Shown: positions 1-11,647 of the stretch, in pieces
Position numbering within the stretch: position 1 is the first letter of the stretch
How the letters are laid out: each line of letters starts with the position of its first letter
Assembly (NCBI RefSeq): GCF_041146345.1
Contig: NW_027191409.1
Coordinates: forward strand, 682,001-746,000
Source of the DNA: Neodothiora populina
Lineage: Eukaryota
Reading direction: 5' to 3'
DNA: 64,000 bases
Program-made: the position numbers and the translations under genes
The notes under the pieces: model-generated
The model's input: the letters and a program-made list of their open reading frames with translations, nothing else
Told to the model about the DNA's origin: nothing
The model's database searches: none

Positions 1-933
1 CCCAATACCTTCGAAGTAGACATTCCCTGGCAGAACCATCTGGGCATCGCTCGGCAGATGATCATCATCCGAGGGGGGCTCCAGGATATGGGTAACAATG
101 GAAGCGTTTTCCTGAATTTCCTCGCGCGATGGTTCGCGTACTTGGACGTTATTGGGTCTCTCAGTGGGCACACCAATGACATACCATTGTCCGAAGCATA
201 TCCCTCAATTTCCCAGGGTGCAGTCACTCATAGCGAAGAGACTGACAGTCACGGGTTTGCGATCGATTGCTTCTTCGGATTCTCCAATTGCTGCATATCA
301 CTCCTCGCTCGCGTGGCCAAATTGGCGCACGAGAGCGACAAAGAACGCATCAACGCGGACCGACAGATCAATCCAGACTGGCGGCCGTCCGAAACAGCGA
401 GGGTCCAAGCGCAGGCTCTGGTTGAAGAGTTGCGTGCAAGCGGAGAGCATGTCTACGCAGGATGCAGACACAGCCCGGGGGTGGAGCTCCCCACCAAAGA
501 GCCACTCGACAAACAGGAAATAGTCAGCGTCAACGAGGCGTTCCACCTTGCCGGTATGATACATGTCTATCGAAGAGTGTTGGGAAGATCGGGCAGGGAA
601 GAGGAAGTGCAAACATGCGTGCGCCAGATCATCAAGCTGTTGAGCAAGATACGGAGAGGTGGAAGCGCGGAGAGCTGTTTGTTGTTTCCCATGTTCACCG
701 CCGGCTGCGACGCGATCGAGCAGGAGCAGCGCGCTGTGGTTCTTGAACGATTGAAGCTGGTGGAGGGGTTGGGCATGACACACGTGAGTTCCTTTTTCCT
801 TTCGTTTCAGACAATCACGGCACATTGAGCTAAAGTCAATTGACAGGTAACAAATGCAAGGCTTCTGATGCAGAAGAGCTGGGAAAGTGGAAAGCCGTGG
901 GAATTGCTCGTGTCTGGAGAGTTCTTCGGCTGA
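1..933 (+). CDS. Fungal-specific transcription factor domain protein (Fungal_trans_2-like C-terminal region of a Zn2Cys6-type regulator), 5'-truncated
   Basis: Open frame from base 1 (PNTFEVDIPWQNHL...FAYLDVIGSLS...LLFPMFTAGC). Exon 1-783, intron 784-846 (GTGAGT..GACAG), exon 847-933 (VTNARLLMQKSWESGKPWELLVSGEFFG*). Motifs typical of the family; the DNA-binding domain is not in the window. Confidence 0.8.
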
Positions 934-1720
934 GGTGTTTCAGTGCTGTACATACCTAGTGTTGATACTGTACATATACTGTGGTAAGGTTGTGCACACC
1001 TGGTGCAAGCGACCTACCTTTTCGCCATCTACGGTAGAGCCAGACTAGATGTGTGGAGAGATGACATAAAAGTGTCACAATCTGCTTGCTTTCGGGAGAT
1101 GGTGTTTTTTTGCATCTTTTGATCTTAGTTTGGTGCATGATTCATGAGAACGCGAATCGAATGGTCAGTCAATCTGTCAATGGTTGGGGAGATAAGGCCA
1201 GTCCAAGCGGCGGGGCCGGGATGATAATCGAAAGAGGTAAAGCAAAGTAAAAAGCGTGGGATAAGTCGAGTCTACGGCAGTCTAGTGCCAGTGCCTGTAG
1301 AAGCTGTCTCTCTTTTTCTTGTCTATCTACCCGAATGATGGATTCCCCCAAGCTCCACTCCAATTGATTATTCAGGGTAATTAACGTAACGTTTGCGCCC
1401 GCGCCATCTACATACTGCACCTTGGCCAACCAGACCAATCCACCAAGTCGATTATTATCGCTTTGCTTGTAAAGTCTGTCTTGGCCGCTGCTGTTGCTGA
1501 TGCTCGTATCAGATTGTCGTAATCTTCTTTACTTTACTTTCCTCTGACTAGGCTTTCACCATATCCATACAAGACCTTTGAAAGTCGCATAAAAGCTCAG
1601 CAGTCTAGTCTGGACATAACAGAGCAGGGATAAGACACCGGCCTTACAAGTAGAGCTCTCCACAGACACATATATATCTCTATCCTCTCTGGACTCGAAC
1701 ACACCCACCCCTCAACCATC

Positions 1721-2472
1721 ATGCCTAAATCCGCTTCGCCATTCGCGACCTTCCTCATCATAGGACGTAAGCATCACCTAGCTCATACAAACATTTTGAT
1801 AACAGAAAGAAAGACTGACACTCCCCTCCAACAGCGGTATGCTTCTTCCTCGGCCTGCTCTTCGCATCCTTCCCCTACGACTACAACGTGCTATGGACGA
1901 CGCCCTCTCTAGCGGCCGACGCAGCGCCCGGCTCGGACCCGCGCGAGCCCTACTACACGCTGCTCGAAACCCACCTCAAGTTCCTGCACTCGTCGCCGCC
2001 CGTCATCAGCCGCATCCTGCACATCGTCATCGGCACAGGAATCCTCGGGTTCCTCATGAAGCTGTACAAGCCGTCCGAGGCCAACATGCTGTTCGACGGC
2101 GCGAGTCTCGTGCTCTACATGTGCGGCATCACGGTGTACATTGCGAACATAGTCAAGGGCCTGCGCGTCGTCACCAACGGGACGTATGGCAAGGTCGAGC
2201 TCGTCGAGGGCGAGAGCATCGCGGGCGCGACCGGTGAGGGCCCCGTGGATGACTATATCGGTCGCGAGGACAGTCTCAAGGTGCTGGCGGCTAGCAATAC
2301 CATTCTGGCGCTTGTGTTGATCGGCGTGCTGGTTTTGCAGGCTGGGCAGTGGTATGCGCAGAAGAAGGAGGCGGCGGAGATTGCGATGATGGACAAGGCT
2401 CGCGATGAGAAGAAGAGTCACAAGACGCAGCAGGCGCAGGCCGGCAAGGGCGAGAGCAAGAAGAAGCAGTAG
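1721..2472 (+). CDS. SHR3: ER membrane chaperone for amino-acid permeases (Shr3)
   Basis: Exons 1721-1766 and 1835-2472, intron GTAAGC..CTGAC..AACAG. Spliced protein has FATFLIIGPVCFFLGLLFASFPYDY, KLYKPSEANMLFDGASL, LKVLAASNTIL, LVLQAGQWYA, four hydrophobic segments and a Lys-rich tail. Confidence 0.93.
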
Positions 2473-2999
2473 TTTTATATCTTTCAGCAGTGGAAAGGAA
2501 GGGACTAGAGGGGACGGTGGAGTCCTGTCAGATTGGTGTACACAGCACCTTCCCTGGCGAGATTTGTATCTTTTTGGTATTTGACAGTCGATATTTGCAT
2601 CCAATAATAGGGGAGAAAACAGGAAAATGGGTCTTCAAAATACGCAAATCCTTCCTAGCCATTGAGAAGCCTGTTTTGTGTATGACAGACTCGCTCGCAC
2701 GTTGGTTTACGCATCTGCTCCTTCCTGTGCTGTCAACAAGCGTTGCCTCTGGCTTCGCTGCTGTATACAAGAGCCAACAGTCGCCAACCTAAAGCATTTT
2801 TTTCCTACAGCGCTACAGTCATTCGACTGACTGGACGCATGCGATGAACTGCACATACCCATCGGATCGTTCATGTCCACCCAATGGACAAAGTTTGTGT
2901 GCATTGCTTTTCTCCGCGCTGGCACTGTCAAGAAGTCGGTAATCGTGATTCGTTCGGTAGAGGCATCTCCTTGTCTCGTCTCGGCTCCTTCTATGCAAC

Positions 3000-3576
3000 T
3001 CATTCTTCAGGCATGCCACCGGGTATAAGCTGTTGGGTTTTCCAGAGTCAGTACACAGCGCGAGACGGCGCACAGAAAAGACCGGACGGCATACGTACCA
3101 TGCAGATGTTGTTGCCGTTGAGCAGGATCTTGGACATTTTGTTTGCCGAGCCCGTGTAGTCGCTTTTGGGGCGCTTGTGGTCAGCTGCTTTGTTCGTGCG
3201 TGTTTGCAGTCTTGTATGTGAACAAGAAAGAGATATACGCACTATTCTGTCACGTCCTCGAGCACCATGTCTTTGCAGAGCTCAAGTCAGCAAGTCGTCT
3301 TTTGCGCTGTTGGCTCTCGTGGGCCTGTATGTAAACTCTACTCACTGACGAAGTCATCGAAGCCTAGCAGGGTTCCACTGAACTCTGTACGGGTATTCGT
3401 GGTCAGTTTCAATGGTTCGATATACACAGATGTCCTTGATTGGACTAGGGATAACGACGCAAGGTGGGTTGCGCATTAGTGAATGAATGGATACCTTTGT
3501 CGCCCTTCATGATGACCCAGATCCTGGACCCGACGCACTTGTCGATGAGCTCTAGAGGGAGTAGCTGCGTCGCCAT
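3000..3576 (-). CDS. LSM5: U6 snRNA-associated Sm-like protein Lsm5
   Basis: Five exons 3576-3495, 3384-3346, 3270-3243, 3162-3099, 3029-3000, all introns GT-AG. Spliced product: [80 protein letters not shown], a clear Lsm5. Confidence 0.96.
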
Positions 3577-4086
3577 CTTTTTCTTGGTGGAGTGTGTTGT
3601 TTATGAGCAAGGTGACTGAGTGATTACAGTGAATATAGATGGTTCTTGCTGTTCTGGAAGCGCTTCGGTCAGACTTGCTCCGAGAGGCCAAGCGCCGTCA
3701 TTCTCCAGGCGCTGGTACTATACTTTACTTAGCAGGTACAGTACTGATATCATTCCTCTCGTGCCATGTAAATTAATTACTCGAAGACACAGACCCGCCA
3801 CGCGCAATCATGACTTGCACATCCGCCTTCTAAATCTCGTCATCTTGTCCATCCAGGTGCTGCAGCAAAAAGAACCAGTCTTCATACACTGGTTGGCAAT
3901 CTTGAGATTATACCTTGAATATATCATTGATTGCACTCCGAATACACCGCTATCAAAGGAATAACATCACACTCTCACCAAACAGTGTATCTACGTGATC
4001 ATACACAAGCAGCAAGTCTGGTGTCGTTCACTATTCCATCCCAGTCACGTGGTCAGGCGGGCCTGGCTTCCCTGCTATGGAGGGAT

Positions 4087-7000
4087 ATGCGTTCATCTGG
4101 TCGGGTCGCTACAGCACATGCTGCTTCTCTCCATCGACCGCCGTCTCACTGTGCACCTCGAGCCAGGTATGACTCGACTAGCAACCCCATAGCTCTCGAA
4201 TGCACCGATGCTTCAGATGACATGTCACAGACATGGTGGGTTCACCTCCAAATTACCATCCACGAACCCCAGCTGATAACAGATGTTGTAAAAGTGGCGA
4301 CCCAATGTTAAGGGATGCTTTTCCAGCATCGCGCGCGGGGCTCTGGACGCCTTCCACCGCCATCGTCTTTGCGCCGACTGATACCCCAAGATTAATGCGG
4401 AAGGACTTTACCTGGAAGAGAGGCGACCAGATCATCTTTGGGCCAACTCTGCCTCATCAGCATGCCCGTAGCTTCTCCACCAAGAAGCCTGCTGCCGTCA
4501 AACCATCTGCACCTGCCGTCCCTGCCTATCAGCCTAGACAGAAGAAGTCTCTGGGAGATGTTGCGAATCCTAACGATCTCAGCTTCCTTGGCTCTTCACT
4601 ACCAAAACCTCGGCCAAAACCTGTCCATGCACGAACGCGGACTGCGAATCCAATCGACACACCTGCCTCTGCTGCCTCGGCGCCTTCCGAGTCCCTCTCT
4701 GCGTCTACTGCAACATCGGGTTCCTCTACACCACCAACTTTCACCTTCCCTTCGCAGTCTGAGCACCCTTCACCCGTCGGGCCAGCAGCTGCTCCTCCTC
4801 CAGGCCAGTCCGACCAATCGACCCGGTCTGACGAACGGCTCAACGATTCCTCGACAGTGCCTACTCCGCCTGTCAACTTGACCCCGGAGCAGCAAACCCA
4901 AGATGCGCTCAAGTTCGCCGATCTCCGTAGTACTTTCTCCTCACCGGACCAGCAGCACGAGCACAACGAGCGTGCGCACGAGCGCCTCCGTCGTGCCTTG
5001 CTTGCAATGGACGCCCACTCTCGTTCGCAACAAATGCAGATCGCGAGCCTGCATCTCGAACATAAGCAAAAGCTGGATTCGCTGGCAGCGAAAAACAGTG
5101 CGGAAGAGGCACAACGGGAAAGAACCATAAAGGCCCTGAACAAGAGGATATCCGAATACGACACTAGACTCGTGAAATTACCACATGATTGGCAGACGAC
5201 TCTGGATGAGATCAAGTCCGTCAAAGATGCCTCCAACCTCCTCAGAAAACGCGAGGCCGCTCTGCTTGCCGAGAATCAGCGCCTGCGCGCCGACCTCGAA
5301 CACGAAAGGGATCCCAGTAAGCGTCAGTCGCAACGCCTGTCCAAGTTACAAGAGTCTAGGATTGCAGAGGAAGAGCGAGAGAACGATCAGCAGCGGAAGA
5401 GAAACCGAGCCGCTCAGCGCGCCAACTATGAAGATTTCAAGTCCGTCTTCAGCTTACTCAAGAGAGACGTGCGTGTCTTCGAAATCGTTGATCTCGAGGC
5501 TCAGGTAAGACTCGAGCAGAGAGCCATGAAATACTGGAAAGAAGCCTACGCCGGCTTCGAGCTGTTCGTGTCCAAAGTCAGGGGCAAGAGGACTCCTGGA
5601 CTCATCGATCTGCAGTCGGACGCCAGACGTCAGAGACGGAACGCTGTCTTCAGAACTCTCTTTCAGCATCTGCAAGAGAGCCTTGCGTCTTCAGCGACCA
5701 CCGTCAGCGATCTCGATGACCGTAAATTCGAACTTACGACTAGCACATCGATGCTGCTCAAGTCGCATGCACATGACGTACGACGTTACCTGCGCCATCT
5801 CAGGCTACACCAGGGCCGGTCCCCTGGCATGTCAGCACAGGAATTGAGTGCTGATGCCATTGCTATGCCCACCGCTGCACCTATGCGTGATCTGGCTCAA
5901 ATGTTCTATGTGCAACTTTGGCGTCTCAAGCGAGATCTCAATCGGCGCCACATACCCAGCCGCAAGTTGGCACAGCAGTACCAGCATAAAGATACTGTTG
6001 GGATCCAGCTTGATCTGCTTGAGCTTCTTCGCGAGCTCGACTCCAGTCTGTCCAAGGCCAGGCTGGCCGACTGGATGCAACGACAATCTCTCGCGAACGC
6101 CGCAGCCCTCAGCATTCGACCTATGATGACTGAGGAAGAGTCGATGCGTAGGAATTTCACAAAGGCCCACAATCGCCTCAATGCCGCAAGAATAACTACA
6201 AAGCAGCAAGGACTCACCCTCATGAGCGATCATTGGGAGATCCGTCGTCTTCTGGACGAGCTACAGGAGATCAACTTCCGAAACGTAGGCCTTGCTGAGA
6301 AGCATGGCCAGCTGAGTGACAACGAAAAGGCAAAGCTGAACGCCTTTGTCAATGGCGATCTCAAGCGTACTTGGGGGCGTCTAGGCATTTGGTTGGAGCA
6401 GTTCAGGAGTCTTGACTTGCGGCCCACCCTGGACATGTTAAGGTCTCTGCAAGCTGGCGATCTCCGTCGAGTACAAGTGCCCGAGCCCGCGAGTATCATC
6501 CCTATCGCCGTTTCTGCTCCAGTCTACACGAACCAAGTGCCTGGCTCTCGCAAGCAGGATACACGCGTGTCGCAGCCGACAACCGAGGGTCCAATATCGA
6601 ACGAGGATCACCGTCGAGACCGTCTAGTGAAACCAGAAATCCGTAGCGATGCTGTGGCAGTCCTCAAGGAGCAACCTGTCGTTTTCAACAGTCCTATGGA
6701 CGTCGTTGTGGCCAAGAATCCTGCGCCTGTTGAGCCATCACTCGACACTGCTGAGCCTACCGACAATACTGCCGAGTCTGCAGATAGTGTGTATAAGCCC
6801 ATACTTGCTCCTGGAGTCGACGATACTGCCGTCGCGGATATTGTCGCGTCGTTAGATGTCGTCGCGGATGATGCAGCGTCGTTAGATGTTGACGCGGAAT
6901 TCGATGATCTCGAGTCTGGCATGGAAATGAACTATGAAGCCCCGCCGGGTCTTCAGAGACCAAGGTACAAACACGCTCGGAAAGCTTTGCATGCTTCCAG

Positions 7001-8300
7001 GGGGGCGACTTCGTCGAAGATTCAACCCCGGCGCGGTGTACTGCCTCCCCCGGATTACAGCAGTAGAACACGTCGGCGATCGCTGGTGTTCAGACCTACC
7101 AAGCCTCGTAAGCATGGTGGTTCAACGGGACAGGTCGACATTTCCGAACGAGTGTGGATGAGTGGACGGCAACGATCTGAGATCGATGGTGCAAATCTGG
7201 ACTCCTTGCCTGATCTTTCATCTGGTAGGGACACTCGCGTCTTTAACGTTTCTGCGACAAGCAAAGTGGACGATCAGTCGCCCGAAAAGCCACTGAGCAA
7301 CCAGGTCATTGACAAAACTCCACCGAAGGCCAAGACACAAGCGCATGTGCCGCTGACGTATCAGATCCCGGCAGATCATCTACGAGCTGCTTTTCTCGCT
7401 TCAAAGACCAGTGGTGCTGCGTTCTGGAAGCACACGCTTTACAAAGGGCCCGGTGATGAGAAAATCAAGATTCACTATTGCACTAAATTCGACCAGGCCG
7501 AGAAGCAAGCAAAACTTTTCCTTGATGAATCGGTTCTGGGATTCGATCTTGAATGGGAAGCTGGTGCTAAAGTCGGCACAGCATCGATCAAAGAAAATGT
7601 GTCGTTGATACAAATTGCCAGCGAAGATCGAATCGGTCTGTTTCAGATTGCATCTTTCAATGGTGACACTCCAGAAGTCTTGATGCCGCCATCTCTGAGG
7701 GCCATTCTCGAGTCTCCTTCGACCGTCAAGGCAGGGGTCAACATTTCGGGTGACTTCACAAGACTCCGCAAGTGTTTTGGCATCGATGGACAGGGTCTAT
7801 TTGAGATCAGTCATTTATACAAAGTCGTCAAGTACTACAACACAGATATTGCCAAGATTGACAGGAAACAAGTCAAGCTGGCAGACCAAGTGCAGGATGT
7901 TTTGTATCTGCCGCTAGCGAAAGGAGCGGTACGAACGAGCTCCTGGTCGCGACGACTCTCTGCTGAGCAGATCGAATACGCCGCGACGGATGCATATGCT
8001 GGTTTCAGACTTTACGATGCCCTTGAGGCGAAGAGGAAGGCCATGGTTCCTGTGCCACCGAGACCAGCACTGTACGAGCTGCACATGCCGCTCGTTCCTG
8101 ACGCTGACAAGCTTCCGGGCAAGGAGACACAAGCTACGACACCTACCCTGCCAGACCTGGTCGCTGTGATCCAAGACCAAGATGCGGATCAAGCAGCTGC
8201 GAATGGGCTCGATGACAGTGACGGAGATGAGTCTAGTAGCATCTATCATAGCTGCGACTCCGACGACGCCGGCGCTGCTCGAAGCAAGTCGTTTGTTTGA
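4087..8300 (+). CDS. Large protein with C-terminal DEDDy 3'-5' exonuclease domain (WRN-exo/EXD2-like)
   Basis: ORF 4233-8300 with ExoI LGFDLEW, SLIQIAS, ExoII AGVNISGD and ExoIII WSRRLSAEQIEYAATDAY. Start is uncertain: ATG 4087 plus an in-frame-compatible intron 4167-4282 (GTATGA..CTGAT..AACAG), or ATG 4305. Confidence 0.85.
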
Positions 8301-9040
8301 TTTTGCTGGAATTTGGCTTTCAAACTGCAAGCTTACATTGAAGATAGCACAAATGACAGAAGGCCACGCTCAACTCACTGCTGCAATGTGCGGTAGGTTT
8401 TCGATCCTATCTCAAGGATCGTCAAAAGAAACAGCAATACGGCTTGTGACATATCCCGTCTACACTGTCCCCGCGCAGACTTATCATAGCATCTCAAACG
8501 TAACAATAGCCATAAAACGTAATGAATCTATTCTACAATCTCTACTGTCCTTTTTCTTCCAGTACATGAAACACAAAAAACCAGGCCCTCAAACCATCAA
8601 GACACCAGCCCACTATCCGCACATCTCTCTCTCGCCACGTTCCATAGCGTCGTTGCAAGGCGCATATACAGTACAGTAGGTCTATACTTATACACGGCAC
8701 GGCACGGTATCCACTTCAGATGGGCATCATGTACTGTATATATAGAAAAAGGCACATATACAAGGTTCATGTACAATGCCCGCATGCAATTGAGCCGATA
8801 AGAATCGAGTCTTTCCGGCCCTTTTTCTTTTCTTTCCGTTCTTTCGTACCGAGAAAGCTGTTTTGGCTCTACTCAGACCTGCACGATGGACTGCGCTTCG
8901 TGATAAAATACATTGTATTTACACAATGCATTTGTTGGTGGTGGTCCGCTGAGCTAATATAGTTGATCTCCCGTACAGGTTCGTCTTAAGTCGTCTGCGG
9001 AGTACGGAGACTTTCGCCCCTGCATCTGAACACGAGGAAA

Positions 9041-9056
9041 GGGGGGGGGGGGGGGG
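9041..9056. repeat. poly-G tract (G16)
   Basis: Read directly; a C12 tract lies at 9841-9852. Confidence 0.95.
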
Positions 9057-9178
9057 AAAGTGGTAGTGGACTTTAGTGGAGGATGGCACGGGTATGTATG
9101 GTTATGGTTATAGTTATAGTGTAGTATTGTCAATATCGATGAACCAGTGCAGTAGTGCAGATACTCGTACCTGCACAG

Positions 9179-9198
9179 CAGTACAGTACAGTACAGTA
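9179..9198. repeat. (CAGTA)4 pentanucleotide array
   Basis: Read directly. Confidence 0.9.
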
Positions 9199-10598
9199 GC
9201 TCGTATCATTCGTCCACCCGCCTTCGCTTAAGGTACAGAGAGCCCGTTCGGTCACCCGTTCGCTACACAAGGTACTGTACCTTGTTGTATGCAGGGAGGG
9301 TACCGTGAAGTACGGACCCAGCGCACACGGGTCGTTTCTTGTGTCGTCGCTTTCTCTTCGCATAACTAATGTACAGTACTTGTTCACGCACGTACCACCT
9401 ACAGTATGCAACCCACTACTACGCACGTGAAATGCGGCACTCGGACGTGGGACTTGGGACTTGTAGATCTCTGAGTTAAGACCAGATCAGATCACAGCTG
9501 AGAAAGAGCGAGTGCTAGCTTCCGCTCGCTTATGATACAGTATTGTGTCTCTTCCATGACTCGGCGCATTTTGTCCAGTAGTCGAATGCATATACTTAGG
9601 TGATATCTTTTGATGAGGGACGGTTGGGTTCAGAGTATTGCGCTATTTCCCAATGTCAATGGAAATCATAAGATGCTATGGTCAGACACCTTATGCTTCC
9701 CTCAACCCCCTGCGCGCAACTTTCCTCTTGCACAGCATGGTACAAAAGCACCTATGCTTATTCCTGTCCCAGCAAAGGAAAATAGGGACATTAATCTCCC
9801 TAGCCCGCAACCCAAACTTTAGCTGCACAATCATCGATAGCCCCCCCCCCCCTTAGCCTCCGCCGATAGCGTGTATGCCCATGATAGTACGTGCCTCACC
9901 ATTCAAATCCAAGTAAAGTACTAGTACAGCACAAGCACAGTAGGTAGTTACATGCAAGGTCCCCACACGCACACGGGAGGGGACCTCGAGAAGTCTCGGA
10001 CAATTCAGAGAAAAAACCCAGCGTGAGTTCGAGACCGTTTGGCTTTCCATCGCGTCGATCACAAAAAATACCGGATCCAAAAGTCTAAAGTATCGTGCGC
10101 GGAACAAGTCAAACGGGACGACATGCACGCACGCTCGCACGCGGCAGAGTCTCACTTTTCGCACCCTGTCTGCTTGTGCTGAGGTGCTTGTCCTTCTAGA
10201 AGATAAACTGTTGAATCGAAGAGCATGCATGATAACGGGCGAGAAGGAGAGTTGTGAGTTTAAGACTAGATCGACAAGAGCGGCTGAACAGTAGGTCCTA
10301 GCAGTTCATGAATTGTGGGTTCTCTTGTTTTTCTGCTTCTTTCGGTCCTTTGAGTTCCATAGGTGATGTTGAGATTATATCCTTCGACCGAGGTCATGCT
10401 TGTGAGTTTCTTTTGTCCTTTAGCAAGAATTAGCTGCAGACTGCATTGCAGTATGTGTCTCGGAGCTTGTCAGCAATATGCGATTTAGAATCTCATATTC
10501 ACCTGCGAGAGCGCATCGTGGATCAAGACTAGTAGCCGCCGACACCACGAACCATACCCACCTTACCTACTCAGAACCCTCAGGGGCAAGGTAGGCGG

Positions 10599-10628
10599 CA
10601 GTACAGTACAGTACAGTACAGTACAGTA
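10599..10628. repeat. (CAGTA)6 pentanucleotide array
   Basis: Read directly; an imperfect array also lies at 10980-11001. Confidence 0.92.
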
Positions 10629-11045
10629 TATTGCTCTCCTCCCTCAAAAACCGATGAACCAATCCCCATAAACCAACCGAACGGAAACCCCCCGAAGAAC
10701 CTTCAACGCTTCCTCGTCGCAAGCTCGCAGCACGTTCAGCCTTTCAACCCACCTGACCTTATTTCTCACCCGCCCGTCTCTTATCTCAGTTCCCAACTTC
10801 GGCGGTCGACTCAAACACGGGCGCGCGGACGCTACCGGTGCTAAGCTTACCTCGAGTTTCTGAGACATCTTTGTACCTGTTCTGGTTCAGCCTGAGACCT
10901 ACAGGACCTTGACTTGCCTTCTTTTGCTTTGCCTTGGGTAAGGTAGCTTAGGTGTGGCAGAGGCGATGACGGTGGGGGGTACAGTAAAGTACAGTACAGT
11001 ATACTCAATGAGTGGTTGATGTCATTGTCATCATACTTATTGCTA

Positions 11046-11081
<36 letters not shown>
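11046..11081. repeat. (TAC)12 microsatellite
   Basis: Read directly; it explains the spurious poly-Tyr ORF 11016-11216. Confidence 0.95.
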
Positions 11082-11082
<1 letters not shown>

Positions 11083-11647
11083 GTACGATGTCCACCCATA
11101 CTCTATCGACTCGATCGACTGACATCCATGTCAACGAACATTTCCCATCCTATCTCCACGTCGATTATTCTCCTCATCAGGTTAGTATGTACGTTTCTCG
11201 GCATTTCCGGCATTGAACTGTGAGACAACAGAACCCGGTGCGAAAGATCTTCTTTTTCCTCTCTTGCGTGCTTCTCCGTTTCATGTCGCGGCAAACGACT
11301 CAGTTTCTGATTCCCGGTGATCTGCGTGGGGTTCGTTCTACCGTTTGTAGTAGTAGTGTCGATCTGCTTTGCACGGTTCATGAATTCGTGAAGGGCAAAT
11401 GCATGGTGCTTTACGCTTCTTTTCTACTACAAATTATTCCAATTCCAGAGGCAAGAAACAATGTAATCGTGTCAGAGGACTCATACTGGATATTAATGGT
11501 TCTAAAGAGAAAAAAAAGGAAATCTATCGTTCGTAGCATTTGTAGGAGAGCGAAAACGCCTTTTCAATCCTAGCAAAGTGGGACATATGTAAGAAAAAAT
11601 CAACATTAAAACATCGTCACAAGCGCGCGGGGAGAACAATAAGCCCT

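Noticed and set aside
3385..3494. LSM5 intron 1 with internal CTAAT and TAG (possible stwintron); GGTTCGA tRNA T-loop-like motif
   Set aside because: Branch motif too close to the donor, rebuilt donor is poor, and no tRNA cloverleaf forms.
10599..11001. Short repeat arrays as CRISPR-like or telomeric repeats
   Set aside because: Pentamer units without spacers in a eukaryotic locus; not TTAGGG.
11016..11216. Poly-Tyr ORF
   Set aside because: Translation of the (TAC)12 microsatellite.
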